In this document: in pieces, positions 52,265 to 63,651 of the stretch
Layout: the number at the start of each line of letters is the position of its first letter
How positions within the stretch are numbered: the first letter of the stretch is position 1
Origin: Mytilus trossulus
Lineage: Eukaryota
DNA length: 64,000 nucleotides
NCBI RefSeq assembly: GCF_036588685.1
Contig: NC_086380.1
Location: 76,136,001 to 76,200,000 of the forward strand
Direction of reading: 5' to 3'
Translations under genes and position numbers: made by a program
The notes under the pieces: generated by a model
The model's input: only the letters and a program-made list of their open reading frames with translations
The model's database searches: none
What the model was told of the DNA's origin: nothing

Positions 52265-52546
52265 TTTTAACCAGGAAGTGTAACATGTGTAACTAGGCGG
52301 ATAACAGCGCCACGTAGTGTTTAAAATCGACAAACATCACACAGTTGTTAACGTAGGTTTTACTTCAAGAACCAGTATTTCAAGTTAAACAGTATAACCG
52401 TCGTGGTTTTATTCTTAATCGGCATACTTTACGTAAATAAATCAGGTATGTTTTCTTAAAGTTTTGCAATGGGTTTTTTTTTAACGAAGAGCTAAACAAT
52501 GCTAAACTAGCTTATAAATGCAGATACTATTAAAACCGAAAGTAAA
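52265..52546 (+). promoter_or_regulatory. Putative promoter + non-coding exon 1 cassette of copy 8
   Basis: ccaggaagtg at 52271, cagcgccacgtagtgt at 52305, donor CAG|GTATGT (GT at 52446) and aaaaccgaaagt at 52532. Confidence 0.62.
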
Positions 52547-52748
52547 CAATCCTTTCTTTATTGCGTTTCTGTTATGCTAGTCACATGTTACTATAAAATA
52601 TTTCAGTTTTGTAAAGCAAATTAATTTGATTTCAAATGGATAGAATTTTTTTTTCTCTACTACTTCTTTATGTAATTAATATGCAAGTAAAAATCACTGT
52701 TAGCGAAGTGCGAATCGGTAAAACGGTCGACATCGCTTGTTGTTGTTA

Positions 52749-52804
52749 TTTTTATACGACCGCAAATTTTGAAAAAAATTTCGTCGTATATTGCTATCAC
52801 GTTG

Positions 52805-52860
<56 letters not shown>

Positions 52861-54740
52861 CGAATACTTTTAGTTTTCGCACTCTAACTTTAGTAAAAGT
52901 GAATATAAATCTATAAAATTTTATCACAAGGTTTATGACCACAAAAGGAAGGCTGGTATTGATTTTGGGAGTTTTGGTCCCAACATTTTAGGAATAAGGG
53001 GCCAAAAAGGGCCCAAATAAGCATTTTCTTGGTTTTCGCACATTAACTTTAGTTTAAGTTAATAGAAAGCTATGAAATTTTGACACAAGGTTTATGACCA
53101 CAAAAGGAAGGTTGAGATTGATTTTGGGAGTTTTGGTTTCAACAGTGTAGGAATTAGGGGCCAAAAAAGGGCCCAAATAAGCATTATTCTTGGTTTTCGC
53201 ACAATAACTTTAGTTTAAGTAAATAGAAAATAATGAAATTTAAACACAATGTTTATGACCACAAAAGGAAGGTTGGTATTGATTTTGGGAATGTAGGTAC
53301 CAACAGTTTAGGAATTAGGGGCCAAAAAGGGACCCAAATAAGCATTTTTCTTGGTTTTCGCACCATAACTTTAGTATAAGTAAATAGAAATCTATGAAAT
53401 TTAAACACAAGGTTTATGATCATAAAAGGAAGGTTGGTAATGGTTTTGGGAGTTTTGGTCCCAACAGTTTAGGAATAAGGGGCCCAAAGGGTCCAAAATT
53501 AAACTTTGTTTGATTTCATCAAAATTGAAAAATTGGGGTTCTTTGATATGCCGAATCTAACTGTGTATGTAGATTTTTAACTTTTGGTCCCGTTTTCAAA
53601 TTGGTCTACATTAAGGTCCAAAGGGTCCAAAATTAAACTTCGTTTGATTTTGACAAAAAATTAATCGGTTGGGGTCTTTGATATGCTGAATCTAAAAATG
53701 TACTTAGATTCTTCATTATGGGCCCAGTTTTCAAGTTGGTCCAAATCGGGGTCCAAAATTAAACTTTGTTTGATTTCATCAAAAATTGAAAAAATGGGGT
53801 TCTTTGATATGCCAAATCTAACTGTGAATGTAGATTCCTCATTTTTGGTCTTGTTTTCAAATTGGTCTACATTAAAGTCCAAAGGGTCCAAAATTAAACT
53901 TAGTTTTATTTTAACAAAAATTGAAATCTTGGGGTTCTTTGATATGCTGAATCCAAACATGTACTTAGATTTTTGATTATGGGCCCAGTTTTCAAGTTGG
54001 TCCAAATCAGGATCTAAAATTATTATATTAAGTTTTGTGCAGTAGCAAGTCTTTTCAATTGCACAGTATTGCGCAATGGCAAGAAATATCTTATTGCAAA
54101 ATATTGTGAAATAGCAATTTTGTTTTTAATTAGAGTTTTCTTTCTTTGTCCAGAATAGTAAGCAAGAAATATCTAATTGTAAGAATTTTTTTTATTTGGA
54201 GTTATCTTTCTTTGTCCAGAATCATCTTAAATCTTTGTTATATATACAATATACAATGTATATTCACTTTTTACTACCAACTGATAAATTAAAATAATCT
54301 TTACCATTCAGTGATAACAAGCAGTTTTTTTTACATCTTAATATTTTATGATGTATTTAAATGAGTAGTAATTGTTGCAAACTCCATTAGAAATTTTAAT
54401 TGAGATTAATTTTGGAATAAGGGAAAGGGGGATGTGATTAAAAAAATTGGGTTCAATTTTCTCATTTGAAATTTCATAAATAAAAAGAAAATTTCTTCAA
54501 ACATTTTTTTGAGAGGAATAATATTCAACAGCATAGTGAATTGCTCTAAGAGAAAACAAAAAATGTAATTTCATTAGAACACATTCATTCTGTGTCAGAA
54601 ACCTATGCTGTGTCAAATATTTAATCACAATCCAAATTTAGAGCTGAATCCAGCTTGAATGTTGTGTCCATACTTGCCCCAACCGTTCAGGGTTCAACCA
54701 CTGCGGTCGTATAAAGCTACGCCCTGCGGAGCATCTGGTT
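52749..54740 (+). mobile_element. Non-autonomous Helentron-type (HINE/pearl-like) element with internal tandem repeats
   Basis: Subterminal IR tttatacgaccgca (52751) / tgcggtcgtataaa (54702), short 3' hairpin, (GTC)n microsatellite, four ~160-bp repeats followed by alternating ~134/126-bp repeats, and a T-rich target. Confidence 0.8.
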
Positions 54741-55175
54741 TACTTTTAGCAAACAAAAGGTTGACTGTTGTAATATACAAGACATGTTTGGTGTGTTGTA
54801 TGGATTTGGTCTACAACTGATTTGATTCTGCGTCACTGTTGAGTCTAATGTAGACGTCAAGCGCGCCTAGTGCATACAGCTATACGCATACGTTGTCTCT
54901 AATAAAATTTGAGTTTTGAATCGCGAATTAATTTTTTTTTTGTAGTTTATATAATGTTTTGCAATATGAAAAAACACCAGATATGAAAAATATACCTATG
55001 CAAAAAATATAATTTATGTGCCTATTTTCTATAGTACAATTAGCACATTATTCAATTTTATATCGTACTATTCACAATCCGATTGCGACACTTGACCCAC
55101 TTATCTATTTATATGCCACCGCCATGCATAGGGCATTACTTTTTACAAAAAAATGTTTTCGTTCATTTAATTTAG

Positions 55176-55770
55176 TTTATTCTTAATCGGCAGACTTTAC
55201 GTAAACCAATCAGGTATTTTTTCTGAGGTTTGCAATGGTGTTTTTTTTACGAAGAGCTAAACTAATTCAGGTAGATATGGTTAAAACCGAAAGTAAATAC
55301 TTAAACAATATTTTATTTATTCCGTTTCTGTTAACCTAGTCGCATGCTTTTTTTGTAAACAAATTTATTTGGTTTAAAATGGATAGTAAGGTTGTTTTTT
55401 TAAATCTAATACTTCTTTATGTAATGGATATGCAAGTAAAAATCACTGTTAGGGAAGTGCAAATCGTTTAAAAGATCGACATTGCTTATTGTTTGGTAAA
55501 TGTTTTACTTTTAGCAAAGAAAAGGTTGACTGTAGAATTTTACAAGAAATGGTTGGTGAGTTGCATTGATTTGGTCTACCAACTATTTTTGATTCCCGCG
55601 TCACTGTTGAGTCTAGTATAGACGTCAAGCTCGCCTAGTGCATAAAACAATACAACTAATAAAATTTGTATTTTGAATCGAATTCATTTTTTTTGTAGTT
55701 TAGATAATGTATTGAAATATGAAAAAAAAACACCAGATATGAAAAATAAACCTAAGCAAAAATTATAATA
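55176..55770 (+). repeat. Partial duplicate of the copy 8 cassette (exon 3' end, donor, IRF-like site, start of intron)
   Basis: Matches 52410-52745 joined to 54740-55000. Donor CAG|GTATTT at 55214. It lacks the ETS/GC boxes and the Helentron-type insert. Confidence 0.75.
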
Positions 55771-55931
55771 AAACACTGGCACCTTCGACACATTCCATAT
55801 TTAAATCTTGTGCTTTTGTTGTGTCGTAGTTCTCCTATGCCTCTTATATTATGTTGTCCCGCAGTTTTAGTTTGTTACCTGGATTTGTTTTTTACTCATT
55901 CGATTACAGGTATACTACTGTTGCCTTTATT

Positions 55932-56110
55932 CACCTTAGCCGTATTTGGTACAACTTTTTATTATTTTTTAGAATTTCCGGCCCTCAACGCTCTTCAACT
56001 TTGTACTTGCTTATGCTTTCTTACTGTTTTGAGCATCATTAAGTAGTCTATTGTAGACGGACAGCGCGTCTGGCGTTTCATGTTATAAGCCTGGCACCTA
56101 CTATAACTAT
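55932..56110 (+). mobile_element. Degenerate retrozyme fragment in the copy 8 intron (more decayed cores at ~54820-54875 and ~55586-55645)
   Basis: ccttagccgtatttggtacaact...gctcttcaactttgtac...gtctattgtagacggacagcgcgtctggcgt matches 7390-7560, but the catalytic core is mutated. Confidence 0.7.
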
Positions 56111-56154
56111 TTTGTCTGGTTCAGTTGTTGTCACCTTTGAAAGTTCTCAAACAT

Positions 56155-56803
56155 CTCCAACTTTGAATGTAAGTCATCATGACGTCTAGGTCATGAAGCA
56201 GTATCTAGCTCCAACTTTGAATGTAAGTCAACATGACGTCTAGGTCATGAAACAGTATCTAGCTCCAACTTTGAATGTAAGTCAACATGACGTCTAGGTC
56301 ATGAAACAGTATCTAGCTCCAACTTTGAATGTAAGTCAACATGACGTCTAGGTCATGAAGCAGTATCTAGCTCCAACTTTGAATGTAAGTCAACATGACG
56401 TCTAGGACATGAAACAGTATCGAGCTTCAACTTTGAATGAGAGTCAACATGACGTCTAGGTCATGAAACAGTATCTAGCTCCAACTTTGAATGTAAGTCA
56501 ACATGACGTCTAGGTCATGAAACAGTATCTAGCTCCAACTTTGAATGTAAGTCAACATGACGTCTAGGTCATGAAACAGTATCTAACTCCAACTTTGAAT
56601 GTAAGTCAACATGACGTCTAGGACATGAAACAGTATCGAGCTTCAACTTTGAATGAGAGTCAACATGACGTCTAGGTCATGAAACAGTATCTAGCTCCAA
56701 CTTTGAATGTAAGTCAACATGACGTCTAGGTCATGAAACAGTATCAAGCTCCAACTTTGAATTTAAAGTCAACATGACGTCTAGGTTATGAAACAGTATC
56801 GAG
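56155..56803. repeat. 54-bp minisatellite, 12 copies, with 216-bp higher-order structure
   Basis: Unit ctccaactttgaatgtaagtcaacatgacgtctaggtcatgaaacagtatctag. A variant unit (ggacat...cgagcttc...gagag) occurs at 56405 and 56621. Confidence 0.95.
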
Positions 56804-57188
56804 TACGGAACTTGATCTTTTGAAGTGTTAGTCTAAAATCATTTCGATCTTATACCATAAAAATTAACATTTAGGTAATCATTTACTCTGTGGTCGAGGT
56901 CATAACGCATCTTATAATAAATTGACTTTTTGACACAATCCCCATTTCCATTCTCAATTTTATTAAAGTTCAAAAAAATTGTTGTGACACAATCCTTGTC
57001 GTCTTTGGATCATTTAACATTGATTTGTTCTAACATAAACAAAATTCTAGGTACAAAATCGCACGCAGGATTCATTTGCTCTCTAATGCTACTTCTGATC
57101 AGAGAAACTTGCTTAGATACAGAAATCTAGTGAAATCTTTCGATTTTAGGAATTACAAAATATAACATATGTTTTCAGAAGTTTTTCT

Positions 57189-58844
57189 ATGGCATCAGCT
57201 AGTTTCTGTGATCCTTGTTCTGAAGCTGACAAGTCTTTAACAGCAACAAGGTATTGCTCAGACTGTGAAGAAAGACTTTGTACAGAATGTGCAGAATCAC
57301 ATTGCAGATTCAAAGCTTTCAAATCTCACCATGTTATCGACCTGTCGTCCATTGGATCCAATACACTTATATCAGCGATGAAAAACTGCAACGTCCATTC
57401 AGAAATGATGTTTGATTATTACTGCACAGATCATGATATCGTATGCTGTAGAGCCTGTATTTCTGATAAACACAGGCTTTGTCAGAACGTACTCCCGTTG
57501 GAACTGGCCTCGAAGGATGTTAGAAAGTCTGCACTGTTTCACGATGTTATGGAAGACATGACGCATCTTATCACAACATTGAACGCCTTAGACAATAACA
57601 GACATTCAAACTTACAATCTATTGAGAAAACTAAATCAACAATAACTAAGCAGATCCGGGCAGTGAAATCCAAATTTTTGAAACAAATTGACGATTTGGA
57701 GCGTGAATTAACGACCGCTTTGTCATCTCTCCAACGAAAACATGAAATCGAAATCAACAAACAAAAGCAAGAAATATCGCAAGTTTTGGTCAATGTCATA
57801 GAAAATAAAAACGAGATGGATTTTTTGAGTGATCATGGATCTAAGAATCAGCTCTTTATATTCCTACGCCAACAAGTAACAAATATTCATAGCGCTGAGG
57901 CCAAGATTCAGCAGATAGTATCCAATTCACAAGAATTCGATATTACCTTTGACGAAAAGAAAGATGATAAGCTTGAGTCGTTCGGGTCACTGTCAGAGTA
58001 TGTCCAACCATGTCAAGTTCAATACAAACCAAAGAAATTTCAACAAGCCCAGATAAAGGCAGAGCCAATGAAAAAAATTCTAGGGTTTGAGAAGGATACA
58101 GTATTAAAATTTAATACTAATGTGGTAAACTGTCTTATTTGTGTATCAGTTACAGATGATAATAAGCTGCTCATTACTAATATATCACCATCCGATCACA
58201 AACTGTATGTTTACAGAGACTGTAAAGATTATGAGACAGAGATAGCTTTTTCCTCCACACCTTATTGTGTTGCTGTGATACCTGGTACGGACAGAGCTGT
58301 TATTACCCTACCTGACGAGGGGTCTATACAATTCATCAATACTACAACGATGACAAAGTCCGACACAGTTAACATGGGATTTGGATGTTATTGTATCACT
58401 GCTGGACGTGACAGAATTTATGTTGGCGGTACAGGTGGTACTATCAAAACATTAGACACTAATGGAATAATACTCAAAACATTTCAACAAGGATCTGATT
58501 ATATTTACTTCATAGCATACGATGATATTCATGATCATTTGATTGTTAGATGTGTTGGTAAACTCCTTTGTGTCAAATTAGATGGAACACTAGTTTACAG
58601 TGAGGACGTTTCAGGAAAAGCAGGTGTAACACTTGATCGACAGAAGAACATTTATTTTGGCGGTTTTATGACCAACAACATACAAAGAATGTCATCAGAT
58701 GGAGAAAATTGTGAAGAAATGATGAACAAAAACAATGACATTAACCGTCCGTATGGAATGTGTTTTAACAATGACTTCACAAAACTGTTTGTTATTAATA
58801 ACCGTTACACGTCCGTATATGTATATAAATGCAAGTACTTGTAA
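57189..58844 (+). CDS. Copy 8: RING-less TRIM-like B-box/coiled-coil/propeller protein, 551 aa
   Basis: Intact ORF ending KCKYL; acceptor gttttcag ends at 57178. Confidence 0.93.
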   Translation: MASASFCDPCSEADKSLTATRYCSDCEERLCTECAESHCRFKAFKSHHVIDLSSIGSNTLISAMKNCNVHSEMMFDYYCTDHDIVCCRACISDKHRLCQNVLPLELASKDVRKSALFHDVMEDMTHLITTLNALDNNRHSNLQSIEKTKSTITKQIRAVKSKFLKQIDDLERELTTALSSLQRKHEIEINKQKQEISQVLVNVIENKNEMDFLSDHGSKNQLFIFLRQQVTNIHSAEAKIQQIVSNSQEFDITFDEKKDDKLESFGSLSEYVQPCQVQYKPKKFQQAQIKAEPMKKILGFEKDTVLKFNTNVVNCLICVSVTDDNKLLITNISPSDHKLYVYRDCKDYETEIAFSSTPYCVAVIPGTDRAVITLPDEGSIQFINTTTMTKSDTVNMGFGCYCITAGRDRIYVGGTGGTIKTLDTNGIILKTFQQGSDYIYFIAYDDIHDHLIVRCVGKLLCVKLDGTLVYSEDVSGKAGVTLDRQKNIYFGGFMTNNIQRMSSDGENCEEMMNKNNDINRPYGMCFNNDFTKLFVINNRYTSVYVYKCKYL

Positions 58845-60895
58845 GAAACTTGAAAACTTAAAATCGACTTTTTATAGCATTGTGTTATTCACATGTACAA
58901 AGTCAAAATATATTGTATCTTTGTTTGTTAGTTTTTGTTTTTGTTTAGTTTTTGAAGAAGAAAATAAAAATATAGTTTCAAATTCCATTTTATAATGTCG
59001 TCTGGCGTGTCGTAATTTTAAAGGAATGCGTAGAAAATTGATGCATATTTCAAAACCTCAATACGTCATGCCATAGCAAATCCAAATCCATGTTTGTTGT
59101 TTGATATAGGCAAAAGTAGTATTCATTTCCGCTCAATATATTTAAAATAGTACTCAAATTTTAAATTAGAAAGTATAGTCCTCTGGATTATTATATAGTA
59201 TCTGTTTTATGTCATGTTTGGTGTACACTCTTATATTGTGCATCCCAACTATTCTCGCTATTTACACTTATCGAATATGTTTCCGAGTACAACCAAAATA
59301 TTTAATTCTTTGGATTCAATTTCTTGTACATTTTGAAGACCAACAAGACAAAGAAGCATGTAGGATCTTAACTAATAAATGGATTATAATAAATGATAAA
59401 ATGTATTCCAAGAACTAGTATTAAGATTGTTTAGCAAACTGACATGAAGTTCAAACGGGATAATTGTTAACTTATGGTATTCCGATGAGCACAACAAAAT
59501 GTAAATATTGTATTCAATTCAAGTATATGATGTTTGATATATATTCCTGGTGTTGTATTTACAATTATCATGTCCTCGATAGAAGAATGCTGCTAACAAA
59601 TGAACTATTAAACCTAAAAATCAAAATGGTGAAGTTGAAATCATCCCTTTGTAAATTTAACGGTCGCCAACACGAGTATCGGATATGTTCCTCATATTGT
59701 TGCTACAAATCCCGGTCCATTTTCATGAATGTGACCTATCTAATGACTATTTATTTGGTTGGAAATAACATGAGCGACATGACACATACCACTGGTGGAG
59801 TAGGATCGGCTTACCCATCTAGAGCACATGAGATCACTCCTAGTTTAAAGTGAGGTGTGTATTGCTTAGTCTTTAGGTTTCTATGTATTGATCTGTGTTG
59901 TTTTATTTGTCCGTTTGTCTTTTTCAGTTCATTTTTGATCTATGAGTTTGAATGTCCCTCAAGGATCTTTCTGTCCTCATTTTTAAAATGTAATGGTGTT
60001 ATTTTAAAAGTGTGCGCATAATGGGTTTTGCTAGTTTGGCGTCAGCTCAGTACGGAAACATCTATCAATATGAAAACCAATCCCACGAATTAGCATAAGT
60101 TTTGATCATCCGATTATATTATGCAGTGCAACTAAATCTATCTTCGTGAAGCTTATCAGAATGTTCTGCCACAGGAAACTTTAAGATGTTTATGCTTGAT
60201 TACCAAACTGTTCAACATAAATATCGATGAAAAAAGCAAAATCAGGACCAAATAAATCTATCGTTGACCAAAAATGTCTTTCAAAGGGTGTATTATTTAA
60301 AAAAAATCTTGTAGTTATCATCCTTGTGTACATAATCATTGTATAAATTAATATTTAATTTGTTACTAATGAAATTCTTGTCCGAGGGTTATAAACGAGA
60401 AAAAATGCCACGTCATTAAGGTGCTTTAAACAGTTTCGTATACAAACCTAGGGTTTCTTCTCAGACTAAAAATAACCAGGGGGCGAAACCCCGGTTTATT
60501 TACTTAATTATTCCATGTTATCCCATGTTCTTGGGATGGAATATATTAAAAGTACACTTTATTTTTAATTCATTACAAACTAGAGAACATTCTGATTCCA
60601 GTGATATGTAATTGTATACAAGTATCTTTATTAAACAGTCAACCACTTAGGGTCACTTACGCATGGTTCCTCAAAACATGCCGTCATAGAAAAAAAACCT
60701 GTTGATTGCCACCTTTATTATACATGAATTGTACAATAAGTTCTAAGATTTCTAAGAATATTCAATTGTTTAAGAAAATTAACTTATGGTCAGACCGAAC
60801 CGTCAATAGCATTGTGTTAGGATTGTGTGCTTGAATATGTTTTAGTTTCCTGATAGAATATCTGTAAAATCATCTTTTTTAATGAGCTCGTTTAA

Positions 60896-62341
60896 AGGAG
60901 TAGGTACCGATTTTGGCCTCAAATTTCAGGTTCATCTGACGAAAGATTTTGACCACTTTTTAAACACTCAAGTATTTACTTCATTTGAATAAATAAGTAT
61001 ATGTAAAAGATTTTTGCTGATTTAGTAATTGAAAACGATCCGATTCATGCTCAAATATGAAAAATCTACCAAATATGCCGAAAAATGTAACTTTTCAGAT
61101 CGTTTTTGTTCAAAATGAAAGTGGCCGCATCCGGGTTCATCCTCAACCTTTATATATGTTATGTATTATCACCAAATACAACTTATTTCATATCGGTTAA
61201 TAATAAGCTTATCTTATTGGATAAAAAGAGGCCACATGCCATTCTTTATTCTTCAGTAATAAGTTCCATCGGTCATTAACAGAACAAAGCGGACCGGAAA
61301 ACTGGTCGTTTACAGACCTTTAAATGATAATGACCGGTGGGGCGTGGTTTGTCTGTTTGAGTGACGTTCCGTAATAAAACGCAACGCGATTCAGACGTGT
61401 TTTCACTTTACAGTTAGGAAAATAGAAGACTCGTCTGCTAGTATAGACAACTCTAATGACCGTTTTACTATTGATGAAATTAAAGTTAACCCTTTTTTGT
61501 ATTTCAAATATTGAAGTGACTTAGACAGATATCTAAAACTATGTCCGGCCTTCATTCTTTCCTAAAGAATTCGACCATTATCTCACTGTAACTGTAGTAA
61601 GTTGTTTTCTATGCGTTGAATAACAACTAACGAGAGCTAAAGGTTCTGATGATTTATTACCAGTATATAAAAACCAAGTCACTTGTGGAGTGAGTTGTAC
61701 TGATAAGGTTAACGGCACATCATATAAACATCACAATCATGTGTTCTACATAATTACAGTACATGGAGTCAGTATTCTATAATAATGTTGTCCAAAATAT
61801 ATAAGGTTTACAGGTAAACTATGTGGTCAACAATTTGAATGTATGAATTCTTTTTAAAACATAGTTTCTCAATGAATTAACATTATAGTTATCGAAAAAA
61901 ACTGTAATTATCGTGATATATGGACAGCCCTTAGGTCGGTCATATTGACTGCGACAGCGATAATGATCTCGCCTTTGGCTCAGTCATTATCGCTGTCTCA
62001 GTCAATACCACGGTCCTGTGGGTAGTCTATATATCACGATATTGACCAGTTTTTCAATAACTATTATTTAATTACTTTTCAATAAAAAGGATGAACACGA
62101 ATGCGGCCACTTTAGTTTTACACGAAAGCGTCTACAATTTAATTAAAATGCGGGAATTGTGAAGATTTCAGTACTTTGGCATAACTTAATGGTGGTAATA
62201 CCCGATAAATGTGCATTGTCCTCTCAAAAATAACCCATAGTTATGTAGCAGAAGCATTCTACTGTACAATAAATAACTAAAAGTTTACATTTTAACCATT
62301 GTGTAAAGCTGCTAAAAAGGGGTCTTACTGGACCTACTCCT
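60896..62341. mobile_element. Related Kolobok-like element in opposite orientation with a nested ~0.9 kb insert (~61190-62070)
   Basis: Same aggagtagg/cctactcc termini and internal homology to 20122-20647. The empty site is in the copy 7 flank at ~49935. Confidence 0.78.
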
Positions 62342-62949
62342 TAAAACTGTTCACTAGACTTTTAACGCTAATTTTTGAAATTTTGGGTTTACAACTTTCT
62401 TTGTCAATAAATCTATAGAGATCGGAATAGCTAAATACTTTAATATCTCGCCAATTATATTAAACTCTTTTGTTTTATGAATCAAAATTCCTTTTCTTAT
62501 TATATCCTATAATTTGGTGTATTGAAAAGTTTCCTACTGTATTAATAACATGCGAATATATTAAACAGATGCATGTAACCTACGACCTTTCATTTATTTG
62601 ATTTGGTTTTTATCTATGTGTTGTCGGTAGAAATCTACCTAGGACGTATTATATCACATGTAATACTAATACGTCATACATTGAATTTCTTACATAAGGG
62701 AGGAATAACATATGATTTTCAAAATCTTTCATAGCAAAAATTCGAATTTTGTTTGTTTTCCTTAATAAACTGTAACCCTGATCTAAAAAAAAAACACGGT
62801 AAAGTTTGTAAGTTACTTTTGTTGTTCTTTTTTTATGACGTTGTAATTTAGGTTAACCTTGTTTCAGTCGAATTAAAATTATTTTCAAAAGCATTTTCTA
62901 ATTCGCATAACTATAACATATAATAATATTCTTAATACTAGTATATGTT

Positions 62950-63075
62950 TTGGTTTGAAACGAATATATGTTTTGCTTCGATTCATCTTTATATAACATA
63001 CATGTTAATTGAGCCACTGTTTGGAAAGTGCGAAGCGTTTGTACGGTCTATATTGTTTGTTGTAGGGTAACGTAT
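62950..63075 (+). other. Remnant of the intronic part of the cassette, possibly preceding a ninth copy beyond the window
   Basis: cactgtttggaaagtgcgaagcgtttg...ttgttgtagggtaa matches the conserved intronic block. Confidence 0.55.
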
Positions 63076-63651
63076 AATAGTTTTCTCTAATAAAGGGTGA
63101 TTATTAAATTCTGATAAATAGTTGCTAGTAGATCTTTGTTAATTTATGTATTATTGTCATTTTGTTTAGCTTCTTTGATTACCTATTCTGACATTGGACT
63201 CGGACTTCTATTAAACTAAGTTTTATTGTGCATATTGTTGTGTGTTTGTTTTTTCTGCATTGGCTAGAGTAATAGGGGATAGGTTGAGATAAAACAAAAC
63301 AAAAATGTTAAACCCCGCCGCATTTTTGCACCTGTTCTAAGTCATCTATTATACATTTTGGAGTTTAGCATGACGTCCATTATTACTGAACTAATGAACA
63401 TATTTTTTAGGGGCCAGGTGGAGCACGCCTACGGGTGTAGGAGTTTCGTGTGGCTTTTAAAATTCATTTGTGGCCTTCGACTGTTAACTACTCTTTGGTT
63501 GGGTTGTTGTTTCTTTGACACATTCTCCATTTCCATTCTTAATTTTATTGTTTTGTATATCATTGATTGACAGTGTGGACTTTGTAAAATGCAGCAACAT
63601 TGTGATGAATTTACTTTCTCCTGGTATAAATTATCCATCAATGTAGACATA

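Noticed and set aside
52636-52942. Poly-Val / poly-Arg ORFs
   Set aside because: Translation of the (GTC)n microsatellite of the Helentron-type element.
770-58844. Assigning TRIM71/lin-41, TRIM2/3, brat or wech gene symbols
   Set aside because: There is no RING or filamin domain, the propeller is divergent and the expansion appears lineage-specific, so orthology cannot be supported.
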